A DNA stretch of 64,000 nt from assembly GCA_965178125.1 (NCBI GenBank), contig OZ237735.1:310001-374000 (forward strand), given 5' to 3'. Made by a program: the position numbers and the translations under genes. How positions within the stretch are numbered: the stretch's first letter is position 1; each line of letters starts with the position of its first letter. This document shows, in pieces, positions 12,047 to 25,700 of this stretch. The notes beneath the pieces are model-generated. The model did no database searches. It was not told where the DNA came from and saw nothing but the letters and a program-made list of their open reading frames with translations. This DNA is from Bilabrum cf. latius. Lineage: Eukaryota.

Positions 12047-13477
12047 ATGTCATATCCACCGGGTAACGGCTATATGGGACATAATGTCGTCTCTAGTGCG
12101 TTGCAGATGCCTTCAATGAGCTTTGCACGCGAACGAAGTGCCCAATCGCAGTTGCCAGCAGATGGCTCCACTGGCATGCTCGGAGTTTCTCACGGGAATG
12201 CTGGCTTTTTACGCGGTCCGTCCCTCGCCCATCTAGACGTAGGAGAGAGTCAAGCACAGCAGCATATGGCCAGTCAGCCAAGTCATTTTGCATCTGTTGG
12301 AGGCATGCATCTGCAGGGTCCATCACCGGCCGCGCAAGGCTCCGTCGCAAGTCGAGCTGGCGATTCCGTCGCACGAGCAGGAGTCGAGCCAATGCAAGGA
12401 GTATAGGAGCTGCAGCTCAAAGTTTCATAGCTCGAGCAGCTTGTGGAAACGCACTGGAGATTGCTGGAGCGATTGCCCAACGTGAATGTAGTGTTTGGTG
12501 AGAGTCTTTCCGCCATTCCACCGCTCGGCAGTATTGCGATCGCCAAAGCGATTGCGCGTATCGTTCGCAAGCGCCTTCAGCACATCTTCAATTTCATATT
12601 CTAAAGATCATTTCATGCCCTGCGCGCAGATTTGGACGGCATCATATCCTTCGTAACCCCAGCCAGCGAGCGAGAGCTAGGATACAGCATCCCCGATCTG
12701 TGCTCCAAGCCCCTCGCCACCATTATCCACCCGGACGCCAGGCAGGCCTTTGAAGACGCCGTCAGGGACATGCTCAGCAGCACAGCAGCCGCCCAAGCAG
12801 TGCTGCCCACTATTCTGCAGGCTGCAGACGGCTCCGCCGTCCCGTGCATGGCATCAGGTAGGGCGTGGACGGCCCAGAACGGCGTCGACATCGTCTTCTC
12901 CTTCATGCCCAACGCACCCCCCAAGCCCCTTCCTCCCGGGGCTGGGGACCGGTTTAGCATGGGTGGAGCCAGAGGAGAGGGAAGTGGGGCTGCCGCCACG
13001 GCCCCAGCCAAGCCGGCGGGCGGTGCAGGCCTGCCAAGCGAACCGCCCTCCGTGCCTCCCCCCGGGGGCGCTAGGGCAGGGCCAGGGGCAGGGGCAGGGG
13101 ACGCCCCCTTCGCCCCTCAGGGGAAGGCCCCCCTGCCCCCAAGCGTGGGACCGTCCTCCAGCACCTTGCGCCCGGCCTCGGCGTCGGCGTCATCGTCTTC
13201 CTTGACTGCTCCGTCGCAAGGCGCAGCAGCGGGAGGGGCGGCGGTTGCGGCCTCCGCTGCACTGCGAGCCGCGGCGAGTGGAGGGCGCGTTGGGACGGCG
13301 CCCTCGTGGTCGGGGTCTGGCGCCGGTGGACGGACGATTGCGAGTGCCAGTGGCGACATGAGCCAACGGTGGGGCTAGCAGCCTAGTCAAGAGCAGGCAG
13401 GAAATGGGCACGATAGGGTGGAAGGCGGCAATAGAGAGCCTGCCTCCAAACGGGCACGGACCGGCGGCAGCGGCTGA
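12047..13477 (+). CDS. Coiled-coil + PAS-domain protein, probably a nuclear regulator; intron 12498-12629
   Basis: Heptad V*ELQLKVS*LEQLVETHWRLLERL. PAS VFDLDGIISFVTPASERELGYSIPDLCSKPLATIIHPDA. C-terminal NLS-like PASKRAR lies after TAG 13376. Other TAGs at 12404 and 12428; ends TGA. Confidence 0.7.
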
Positions 13478-13773
13478 CGGAACGATTAAGATGAAGACAA
13501 TAAGTTCTGGATTCGCTGCGCAGTCTAGACTAGACCAAGCACCTTTGAAAAAATGCATTTGGAACTATTGCAGCGCAATAATCGATCAGCTGAGGAGGCG
13601 GCAGGCACCACTCGATCCAGTGCTAGCAGCAGAGCTGTCTAGAGCTGTCGATCGCTAGTACACCCCTGTACTATCTGTCTCTTCCACCCCCCCATCTACC
13701 CCGTGCTCGTGTAGCACCACTCACCCCACAGGAACACGAAAATCGACACCAAATATTGAGCGTCGACCGACCG

Positions 13774-16700
13774 TCACCCGCGCGGGCCCCTCGCCCGGAT
13801 CCCAGGCCGACCGACCAGCCCGCCGCCACCATACGCCACCCTCGCGAACTGCGCCGCCACCTTGAGCGCAGCGTAGAGCCTGTCTGCCTCCGCCTCTGTG
13901 GATGCCTGCGCGTGCAGCAGCGTAATCCTGCCCTCTGCGTGGTCCTCCCCCTCCTGCGGCGCCTTGCCCTCCGGCATGCCCTCGTCCAGCCGGCGCAAGG
14001 ACGCGAAGGTGTCCCCGAGGTCACCGTCCACGCACACGCCCAGAGGTTCCGAGGGAACCGCAGAGAACCACGCGGACCTCCTCCTGCCGATGGGGATGCC
14101 CCTCCGCACGTCCACGCACCGGTGCAGCCGCACGGACCACCTCATCCTCCTCTTGAACCGCTTCGAGTCGTAGGCCATCTCCGCAGACTCGAGGGGCCTG
14201 TCCGCGCCAAGCCCGGGCAGGATAACCTGCATGGCCCTCTTCTTGAGCTTGCCCTGAGGGTGCATCAAGGGCGTGAACCACACGTCTCGAGTGGTGCCGG
14301 CCGCCGCGCACAGCCGCACAAGCTCCAGCCGCGGGAACGACTCCCAGTCCAGGATGCCGGGATACACCCCATCGTCCCACTCCTCGTCTTTGCCCAGCGG
14401 AAGCACCAGCTTGCGGGAGCTCCGCTGGCTCTGGCCTCGCCGCAGCACGCCTTTGCGGCGCTCCTCCGGTGTCCTCGGCAGCGACACCGCTCCCTCCCTC
14501 GCTGGGTCCAGGCCTGCTCCACCGTTCTGTGATGGGTGCGGTGCCGCGGCAGGGACCACCAGCAAGGGGTCGGTCGGAGCAGCACCACCACCACCACCAT
14601 CGCCGCCGAGCGCTCCCTGCGCGTCCCCTCCTGCGTCTTGCCTCGCCTGCGCGTGCCTCGCGGCCCGCACCTGCCTGCAGGCCCTGGCCGCCTCGTCGTA
14701 GGCCCACCGGTCCCCCCGAAGCCCCGCGAAGGCCGCCAGTGCCAAAGCGAGCTCCTCGCCCCCTGCCTGCTCCAGCGCCTGCAGCCCGTCTTCGCTCCCG
14801 GCGTACAGCTGCAGGGACTCGATCGTCCTCAGCGCCAGCTGGTTGTCAAACAGCAGCGCCGGGTTTCTCACGGCAGACCGCATCGCCTCGAGCGCGCCCA
14901 GCCGGAGAGACACGGCGCTGCATGACTCGTGGATCGCCATGGTGGCCAGCACCTGGAAGCACATGCGCCTCGTCACGCGTGCCGCCACGATGCCGCCCCT
15001 GTATCCGCCCGCTGCCTGCGCAGACGCGGTGGAGTCCGCATGCGCCGCGGCAATCTCCGCGGCGTCTGTCTCAGCGCACACGTCCACGCACAGCCTGGTG
15101 GCGTCCGAGCACGCCGACTGCGCTACCTGCGGGTCCAAGCACCACGAGAAGAGCACCCCCAGGCCCGTCTGCAGCGTGGCCTCGCGCTCCTCAGGCGTCA
15201 GCTCCGGAACCTCCTCGTCGTCCTCTTCCTCCTCCTCCTCCTCCTGCTGCTGCTGCTGCTGTCCGCTGCCACCGGCGTCGTCATCATCGTCTAGCGGGGG
15301 CAGCTCATCGTCTTCCTCCCCGTGGCCCCCGCCTCCCCGCGCCTGCCCTGCGTCGGCCCCGGCCTCTCCGACAGGGCTGCCTGAACCGCTGACCCCCGCC
15401 CCGTTCTAGATGCTCAACGGACGGACCACGTCGGGCGCGCCCACCATGAAGGACCGGATCACCCGGATCAGCGCCCTGACCCCGCCCTGCTGCTTGGCGG
15501 CCTCGATCAGCTGGCCCTCGCTGGGGTCCGTCGGGAGATCCGTGAGGTACGTCCCGATGCCCGGGAGGGGCCCGTCCTCCGCCTCTGACCACTTCAGTCC
15601 GGTCTTGTTGAGATCCAGGGCTCCGGGCACCTCGGCCCCCCGCTCCTCCAGCCGCAGGGCCTCCCTCAGCCGCCGCTCGTGGTTGGTCAGAGTGGCACGC
15701 TCCTCCGCGAGGCGAGTCACCGAGGCGCCGATCTTGCCACCAGACCCCAGCCCCGCGATGGCGAGCGTCCTGACGAGCGTCCTGCAGACCTACCGGTCCG
15801 TCATGTGCGTCTCGAGGAGAGACAGCAGGACGGGGCCGGCGCCGGCCTCGAAGGCAACCTGTCGCGGGCTGCGCGTCCCACTCGGGGCACCGCCACCCGC
15901 CTCGTCAGAGTCGGCCAGCCGCAGGAACTGACCCAGGATGTAGCTGCCCCTGTCCGCCACGCGGGCGTCGAAGTCGCACGCACGAAGGACAAGCACCACG
16001 GCCTCGACGGCGCCACTCTCCAGACACAGCCGACGGGCCACGGACGGCACTTCGGTCAGGTACTGGATGGACCGCAGGCACGACTTGACCACTTTGGGCT
16101 TGTCGCTGTGCAGCCGGAGCGCCGCCACAAGCTGCGCGGCGGCACCGTCCGACACGATCCAGTTGCACACGATCTCCTGGAGCCGGACCTCGCCGGACAC
16201 GAGACCCTGCTGCAGCGACTCCGAGGTGGCACCCTGCCCAAGGAGCGCCTCGAGCACCTCCTGCGGGGAGCTGCCCGGCTGCGCACCGCTGCCCGACGCC
16301 GACCCGCTGGAGCTGCTGCCGGCAGCCTGCCTGATCTGCTCGAGTGCCCTCTCCCGCGCCTGCACGCCCTTCTCGATGATGCGAGCGGCCTTACGCGGCT
16401 CGACGGACTCGTCCTCGATCGATGCCAGGTTTCCGATCACGTCGGCCGCCACGCTGAGCACCTCCAGGTCGCGTGGATGCTGTTCCATCCCGCGCCCGAT
16501 CGACTGGGCCGCACCGTAGGCCATGACGCTCACGATGTTCTCGTCACACCTGGTCAGGTTGCCCACGGCCCGCAGCGCCATGTTGAAGAGGTACGCGTCG
16601 GTGCCGAACACCTCCATGACGCTGACGACGACGCTGGAGCACGACTGGCCCACCTTGAGGCGGATCGCGTCCGTGCAGTAGGCGATGTTGCTGAGCGCGC

Positions 16701-19700
16701 ACACTGCGTCCTCCAGCAGCCGCGGCTGCTGCAGGTGAGCCAGCATCATGGCCCGTAGGAGCGGCACGCCGCCCGCAAGCACGATCCTGGTGACGCCTCC
16801 CGAGGCCCCGTCCCTCGTGAAGATGCCCTGATCTCCCTCCGCGAAGCCCCTTATCTCGGACGCTGGATCCACCTGTTCGTCGCACGCCACGTTTGCAATG
16901 CACTGGATGGCGAAGTGAGCCGTCCGCGGGTAGTGGCAGTACGTGGTAGCGCCACCAGGCGCTACCGCAGGTCCAACAGACGCGAGATCGACGCCCGCTT
17001 CGTTCTTCCCACCCGCTGGATCCTCTGCAGCCTCCCCAGGCGAACGAAGGGCGTGCAGCAGGTACCGCTCGCCCTTTGCCTCGCTGGCCGAGACACCAAG
17101 CCCGCCAGACACTGGCCCTCCCCGCCCCGACGTTGGGCTAGCCGGGGTGCCGTTAGACATGGGTCCAGCAGCACCGCTACCAGACGCAGCAGCAGACGTC
17201 GAGCGATCACCGGCAGAAGCAGCTGTCCCCACTCGAGCGAACCTCTCCAGTCCATCCAAGCCGCCATCCTGCCCAGCTGCATCCGACCCGTCCCATCCCA
17301 GGCACGCCCATGGCCGCGCCGGGCACGGCGTGTGGATGTGCGCCTGCGCAGCGGCCACCAGCTCGGGCACCGCATCCGCCCTCTTTAGCACCTGCACCAG
17401 GTCCATCTCCATGGTGATCGGCCGGAGGACCGCGCAGCACGCCTCCAATAGGGGGAGGTCATCCAGCCTGCCTCGGATCACGCTCACCACCGCGAGGACC
17501 GCCTCTCGCTTCGCCATGTAGCGCACGTTGGCCCGGTTGTCGCCCGCGCGGGCCAGGCCTAGCAGCAGCGAGAAGCTCAGCTCTCGGTCCTCGCGGTAGT
17601 AGGCCACCGCCGCGCCCACGGCCTGGACTGCTTCCTCGGGCAACTCTGGGATCGCGTCTGTGCCCACCGTGAGGCACGCGTCCCGCAGGAGGTCAAGCGC
17701 CTCTGCCAGGGCTTTGAACCCAGGCGGGACCATCCTGGCGTCGTGTCGGGTGGCACCAGAGCCGGCGTGGTCTCCCGTGAACCGGAAGTTGGAGGCATTC
17801 GGGTGCAAACCGGCTGCGATGGCTTGCGCCTCCTCCCCGATGCGTAAGGGTGCCCAGAGCTCGTAGATCGGCACCGTCTGCGGCTCGGCATCCTCGACCT
17901 TGACAGCGGCTGCCACTGCACGGGCCCCCGAGAATCCAGCGGCACGCCGGCCCCCGGACTTGGAAGCGCCCGCGCTGCTGAACTTGACCATGTCGTTGGA
18001 GGCCTTGTTGATGCGCTTGCTCTTGGTCCTCGCCAACGCGTCCGATACCCTCACAAAGGCCCGCAAGAAGCCCTCGGAAGAGAACCGCTCGTACACCTGC
18101 GCCAGCGCCTGCACGAGCTCCTGGCCCCTGTCGACGATCTCTGGCGAGCCGGCGGCGTGCACGCGAATTGCCGCCTGCAGCGCGCTCAGGCACTGCGCGT
18201 CCAATCCGATGGCTTTGACCGAGTCTGCGGTGCAGTCACCAGGACACAGGTCGCGCAGCAGACGCACCGCTTCTGCGCAGTACTCCGGCGATGCCTTGTG
18301 CACCTGCAGCCCGAGGCAAACGCGACGGAACACGCCGTACCGCGCGAGTACCGCCACTCTGCCCTCATTGAATACGGTGGCCCCTCCCCGGGAGGGTGAG
18401 TTCAGCCCTGCGAGCCGCCGGACGGCTTCCACCGCCCACACGGGGTGCCCGCTCTGCTACGGCGCAGGCCGGCGGAGAGCGGCTCCGATGGCAGCCAGTG
18501 CTGCGGCAGCGCACGGCGACGCTGAAGAAGCCGGTCCGACGAGATACTCGGAGGCGGCTGAGGCCAAGTCAGTGGGTACAGGGGCGGGCGGTCCCGGCGG
18601 CGGAACCTTGTCCAATCCGAACAGCTGGGGCGTGGCTGGACCCAGAGCTGCCTCGCCGCTGCCGCTGGCAGCGGCAGCCACGTCTGCATCGACGTCAACG
18701 TGCGCAAGGACCTCAAGCGCCAGCCGAAAGCTGGAGGACACGAGGCCGACGACCGACGCCGCCGGCGGCCATTTCTTGGGGTCAGGCCAGGGCCGAGAGG
18801 GTTCAGCCTACGGGGCGCTCGATGACTCTGCCTGCCCGGTACTGGACACACTGGAAGACCGACTGAGTCCCTCAACCGCGGCCATCCCGATGGCCAGCGA
18901 CATGCCCCGTGACCGACCCCTCGACTCTGCCCTGTCTCTCGACATGGCAGCCAGCCCGCGGAGGTGCGCATCACCCGGGTTGCTGGCTCGCAATCGGGCC
19001 CGCTGCGAGGGCATCAGCATGCGGTGGCTTGCGCTGAGCGAGTGGGATAGCCCGGCAAGCGACTGCAGGTCTGGTTTCAGGCATACCGCATCGTACGGCG
19101 ATCCCGACCCAGCTGCATCGGCACCACCGGCAGGAGAGGCAAGGTGGAGCGGCAGAGCCAATCGAATGGCAAGCAAGATTGCCTTGCACACCCGTAGCCC
19201 CTGCGTGCTGCTGGTTTGTACCGGTGCAGAGTTCTGCACACCTGCACCTGACGCAGACCCAGATCCATCAAGGCACATTAGGCTGTCCTGCACCAGCCGC
19301 TGCGAGAACAGCCTGGCAGACGACGCATTTGCCAACACGCGGAACGCAAATCCGATCCCGTTCCCAGCGCTCTTTCTCGCGCCCAGCACGAGCGACACCG
19401 CACAGTGCCACAGCGAGTCGCCGATTCCGATGGTAGACTCCGTTCCCGTCTCGCCCGCGGGCCGCTGGCCGAGCTCCAGGCCGGCAGCTGCTGCCCCTGC
19501 CTGTACCAGGCTCCTTCCCTTCCTGCCGCCCAGGTCCTGGCTGGATGCGCCGTCCGCAGCAAGGAGCGCGTCGAGCGACAGCGCCACGCCCTTCGCACCA
19601 GTCCCGGCCACGCTGCTCCAAGCCTCGACGGCATCGCGGATCTAGGATTTGTGCGATCCTGGTGTGAAGTACAGCGGTCCAATTGCGTCTAAAACGGCTT

Positions 19701-22700
19701 GCCTCGCGTGCTATGCCGCCCCAGAGCTCTAGCCAGCCGCTGCTTGCGCGCTTGGTTCACCGCCGGGTAACGAGCTGTGCTGCATAGACCCCGAATTCTC
19801 GCCAGTCCCAGCCACAGTTCGGAACGACCCGCCGAGCGCCTCAAGGGTGCGGGCCAAGCTGTCGAGCAGCCCGCATTCTGACAGGCTCCGAGTCGCTTCG
19901 ATTCCGTTCGCGGCCACCACTGTATTAACTGCTATTCGCACAGCGTCCAGTAGATCGGCCACACGCTGCGGCTGAATCGGATGCGCTGCAGGAGGGTCGC
20001 TGCTACCGCAAGAGCTTCCATCACCCGCTGCTTCCGCGCCGCTGCAGTGCGCCAGCACGCCCTGCAGCAGCATGGCGAGACTGGCCGATGTGAGCGCCTT
20101 GTCGGGCGCCTGGCCGTGCGGAAACGGAGGGTGATCCGGCCTCGGGGCTGCTGAGGGGGGCATGCCTGCGGGAGCGCTGCCGACGTATTTGCGAGTCTCT
20201 GCAGGAGTCCAGTCCACCGAGTCGCCTGAGCTTTGACTCGCGGCGAGCCTTCCTACGCACTGCACGATCGCCTTGAGTCCCTGAGACAGCGCCAGGTCCA
20301 CCTGCCTTTCGGCGTCGTACGCCAGGCCCTCCAGGGCGCTGGAGCCCGCATCGCCAGAGTCTCCTCCGCTGGACGACGACCCAAGCACCTGCTCCAGCCC
20401 TGGCAGCGACGGAGCAGGCCCGCCTTCCGTCGTGCTGGAAGACCGCAGCTTACCCACGATAGCGGACCCACACGACTGCAGCGTGGCGTACACCCGCCGC
20501 GTTGAAAAAAGGGACCAACGAAGCGCAGCCTGGATGTACTCCACGGCTGAGCTTGACATCGATCCCTTCGCCTCGCCGGCCATGCCGGCTGCGAGCTGCT
20601 GCAATGCCTCGCTGAGAGTAATTGCCGACTGCACGCAGCCAGTCATGGTCTCGTCGAGAGCCAGCAAGTCGGCGGTGGCCGAGTCCTACCCCGTGGCACC
20701 TGCATGGGCACCCTGAGCGGCCTCAAGCACCACGAGGCCGAGCCCCGGTCCGCCCGACCCCTCGCCGTCCAGCGCTGTGAGGGCCCTGGATGCCGCCACC
20801 AGCACGACCGGGTGCGTGGCGGGGTCGCTGAGGATCTCCACGATGGCCTCGCGGCACTGCTAGCGCTTGAGTGCGTCACGCCGGTCCTCCAGGGCGGCAT
20901 CACTGTCTGCAGCTGCGATGCCGATGCGAGCTCGGGAATCGGGCTGGCAGACGGCAGCGACAAGCTTGAGGTAGGCGAGCTGCGAGGCGGGCTGCTGGCT
21001 GCACAGTACCTTGTGGTGGCGCACGAGAGGTGTGGCCGACAGGCAAAGCGTCAAGGGTGAGACATCGTCGGCACCGCTTGACTCCCCGCCGGCCTCTCCA
21101 GGCGCTCCCCACAGGTCCGTGTCGCCGCCATTCACGTCGGTCGTGCCCGCCTTGGGCCGCATGGCCGACTCGCACGCTGCACACGCAAGGTCACAAGCCC
21201 CCTCGAGCACAGCCGGGGCGGGCGAAGGGAAGTCCTCGTCCACCAGGACCTCCATGGCCGCGAGCACCTCCGCCTCCGTGCCGTGCTGCACGAACGACGT
21301 GCTGGCTGCCAAGGCCGCCGGCCCTCCGGCACTCACCGAGGCCCAGGCCAGCCGAGACAGGGCCCGCGCGCACTGCGCCACTGCATTCGAATTGGACCCC
21401 AGCCTGAGGCTTCCAAGGCTACCCCTGGAGTCCTCCGAGTCGGCCACTCTCGCGCCGCCCCTGGACGACGAGGACGAGGACGACGACGATGGGCCTCCTC
21501 GCGCACTAGCGCTCCCTTGCTTGGGAGCGTCCTCTCCCGATGCGACCGCTCGCTGCGTGAAGTCCAGCACGAAGCGATCCAAGCTCTTAACGAAGCCTCC
21601 TTCCAGCAGAAAGCTATGCGCAGCCTTTGCCTTCTCGGCCTGGTCCCCGCCGCAGCCCATCTCGATTGCCCCGCACACCTGCCGCACCGTGCGCCCGGCA
21701 GCTGCCACTGAGGACGGCGTCCCGCTATCTCGTAGGCTATCTACGGCATTGGCCAACGTACCGATGCAATCTTTACCCATGCACGCGCTGGCACCGGACA
21801 AAAAACTGGTACTGCCGGCCAGGCCAACCAGCACGTCTGGAAGCAACAGCCTCATCGACGACATCAACTCGGGAGCCAGCGGCGGCGTGGCTCGCCCCGC
21901 CGACGCCCCGCCGACCGCAGCCTACGCCGCTTCACCGTCCTCTTGCTCCGACTCCAGTTCGGCCTCCAGCGCATTGTTGCACCGCTGGATCAGCACTCGT
22001 AACAACCCGCTGGCAAGGGTATTCCACCCCGCAAGCAAAGCACCGGTCGCATCAACCCCGTCACCACCCGTGCCCGCCAGCTCGGCGTCCAGCCCGAACT
22101 GAGCGGTGGCGTAACAGGCGCAAATCAAGCCGCTCACTCGAGCTGAAGGCCCGAGGAGCTGCCCGACCTGGCTCCTTCGCGACGCCACCTTGCTCTGCTC
22201 CCCGAGTTTTCGCACGGCGAGATCGAGGATCTGCTTGCAAGCGACTGCGCCTCGCTGCCACACTGCCTCCGGCGCCTTCATACCGGGCACCGTGCCCACC
22301 AGCGCCTCGAGGGTCGTGTATGCCACGCCGGAGATGCGCAGATTTGCAAGCTGGATGCCACCCGAGGCCAGCAGAGCTGCGGTCGTCTCAAGCACCTAGA
22401 CTGCCTGCTCCACGGAGGACGCGTCCATGAGCTTGGTGAGGCAAGACACCAGCAGGTCTCGCGTGGCGGACTCGTGGTCGCCGTCAGACGCGTCGCCGTC
22501 TGCGCCCTCCTCTTCCTCCGCCCCGTGAGTTGCGGGAGCAGCCGCCCCATCGTCATCCGCGCCATCGTCTGCGTCCGCATCTCCTCCCGCGTCGCCAGCC
22601 GAGGTATCCGCCCGTATCCTGACCTTGCGGGTGCTGCCTTTTCCCTTTGCAAACCAGCTGCTGCCCTTTCCCTTCTTGCGACTGCCCTTGGACTTGTCCC

Positions 22701-25700
22701 CCGCACCACCAGGCCCACTCTCCAGCCCACCTGCGCCACCGCTGTCCCCGCTCCCTCCCCTCGTCGTGGTACCCAGCTCGAGCGTCTTGAGCAGCGCCTC
22801 CACGGCGCCCTGCTTGCGGAGTAGCGCGGCGCCGCGGTCGTGATCTGCCACGCAGTCCATCACAGCTAGGAGCGCCCGCAGGTACCTCTGGCCTCTCTGA
22901 CCCTTCCACCTGGATCGGTTGGCCCCCTTCTCGGCCTGCGAGTTGGCACCCTTGATGCTCCGCAGCACCTGCCTCGTGCCTCCCCTCGATCCAACCGCCT
23001 CAGCGCCCGGGAGACCCATGCCCGCGATCTGCTTGAGTGCGCGCAAGGCCACCACCACCACCGGCAGCACCGCGGCATGCGCCCGCAGCACGCTCACGAC
23101 AGCCTCCGCACCGCCTCCCTCCACGACGATCCCGAGGGCCCTGGAGCTGGTGGCCGCAAACGACCCGATGGCGCGCGACCCGGCAGCCGCATGGATCGGC
23201 AGCTGGCTGCCGCGGAGGCTTATGGCTCGCACGATCGTCCCAAGAACCCGCTCGTGCACCGCCTTGCTGCCCACGATCGTGGCCGCCCTTCGCCTCTCGT
23301 GCGTGCTCAGCCGCACGATCTCGCCCTCAAAGCTGCCGCCGTTGTGGAGCTCAGAGAGCGCGTCGATGTTCCGCGTGCGCGCCACCCTCCCGCTGGCATA
23401 CACACCGAGGGCAGGCTCCCTGGCCCCTTTCGCGTCCTTGCCCTCGCCGCCCCCCTTGTCGCCGGCACCGCTCGCCGGGCCACCTCCGGCTTGGCCGGAG
23501 GCTGCAGCCGCGCTGCTGCCCGCAACCTGACTCGTCCTGTACGTGAGAAACACCACCTTCCTGAGCGCCTGCTCCCTTCTCGCAGCGTCTCTTGCCTGCA
23601 GAGAGTCGGCGTCACCCGCCGCTTCCGACGGCACCAGCTCGGACAGGGAGGGAGCACCCTACCGTGCGACCCGGCACAACCGGTCCGCGGCGTGCTCGCA
23701 CCGCATCAGCAGCTCCTCCAGCACGTCCGTTGGGACCGCCTTGCGCCGTTCCGTGGTGGTACCCTCCCCGGCACCGCCGGCGCCTTCCCTCTGCGGCTTG
23801 ATGAGGGCAGCCGACGCTAGCGTCCGCACGATGACCGGAACGCCGCCGCAATCTACCAGCCGCTCCGACAGCCGAACGGATGCGCTGACGGCCTCGAGCA
23901 GCGCCAGGCTCTCGCACACGATCTCGCCCACGTCGGCTGCATCGCCCGCTTCCGCAAACACCTTCCTAGCATCCACCCGGGCCTTGGCCTCTGCATTGAG
24001 GGCAAGGTCGGTGCCCATGCCGTTCGACCTGAGCTCGTTGTCGCTGATCTGGAACAGCTCGTCCGTGCCTACCATCCCCCGCAGAACCTTGCTCCCTACC
24101 GCCACCTCGTCCACCGCGTCCCTCACCTCGTGGTCCTTCACGATCCTCTCGATGAGCAGCAAGAAGGAACGAGACAGGGACGCGTCCTCGGGGTGCCTAA
24201 AGTAAGCTGCCAGCATTGACCGGATGATCCCACTCTCCTTGGCTCTAGCGATGTGCGCCTCGGTCGTGCAGCACGCAAGTGCAGCTCGCAGGCACAGCGA
24301 GCACAGCGCCAGATCGTCTGCGTCGGAAATTGAGGACGGGGCGCCGCCACCGCCACCCACGGCCGCGCCAAACATGGCCGCGTTGGCCATCGAGGCGAAC
24401 CGGCCGCGGTCCATCGCCCCTCCCACGAAGCTCTGCCGAGAGTCTCGGCCGGCACCAGACGCGGCCCCTCCGAGCCGCTCTCCCGCGGATTGCCGCCTGG
24501 AGCCAGAGGCCCCCGACGTCGTACCCTGCCTCGCCCGCATCAATCCGGCCATGGATGTGTGCCCATTGGAATTGGAGACGCCCTGACCGCCCGCGCCGAG
24601 CGTGTCGCCGTCAAGGCAAGACCCGAAGGCATCGAAGGCGCCTGCCGCTACGGCCTGCGCCGCTGCTGCGCTGCCTTCCATCAAGGCTGCGGCTGCGATC
24701 ACGCTGGCCGCCGCCCCCTGCACTGCTAGGTCGGCCGGGTTTGCCAGAGCGGCCTCGGCTGCCATGCGAGGGACGGACAGGCGAACCACTCGCGCTGCAG
24801 GCACGCCCACGGCCATGCACGCCTCGACAAACTGGAGTGCGCCGGCCACAGGCCCCGCCTCCATGATGGCGGGCTGCAGCACGCACAGCACTGCATACGC
24901 CAGCAGGTCGCTACCGGCAGCTGCCTTCTCGGGAGACGTCGGCACTGGGAGGGTGGCCGCAGATCCGTGCGCGCTGGACGAAGAGGTTGCTCTTGAGCGA
25001 GACCTGCCGCCAGCGCCCAGCTGCACCCCGATCTGCACTGCGTCCGAACGTCTCCTGACGATGGCAGCAAGTGCGGAGAGGGCAGCACCGCGGAGTGCAA
25101 GCGCGTCCTGGGCGCCCTCGCCGCCGCTCCAAGGAGCTTCGCCCGCCGGCGATGCCTCGTCTCTCTTCTTGGTGTACTTAAGCATGGCTTCGGCACCGCC
25201 AAGGGCCACAATCCGGTTCGCCACGGCGTCGGAGGGCTGCGCCGTCGCCACACGACGCAACACCCGGCAAAGCGACGCGCGGGCGTTGTCGTTCACCGCG
25301 TCGTCTAGCCCCGCGACCACCGCGGCCAGGTGCCCGCCAGCCACCAATTTGCTAGCGAAGGATCCATCGGCGGCGAGCGAAGCCAGGAGCCTAGCTGCAA
25401 ACTCGCCCTCCTAAGCAGGCACGGGCTCCGCGCCGGCTTCGGGACCTACCCTTCCTCTCGCTCTCGAGATGAGCTGCACAACGTCATCGCCCACGATGCG
25501 CGCCATGACTTTGACACCAAGGGCGCCGTTGTGGCCTGCTCTAGACTGCGCAAATTCCACCGCAGGCGCGAGCTCGGCCACACAGTCGGCTTCGCGGAGT
25601 GCCTTAAGTCCCAGGCTTGACCGGGATACCCTGTCCAGCAGCCTGAACGCGTACCTCAGGTGAATGTTTGCCATGCCGGGGATCGGTGAGTCCTCCGGTG

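Noticed and set aside
17900-25414. Long plus-strand ORFs such as 17900-19645 and 24602-25414
   Set aside because: Antisense shadows of the GC-rich ARM gene with no motifs.
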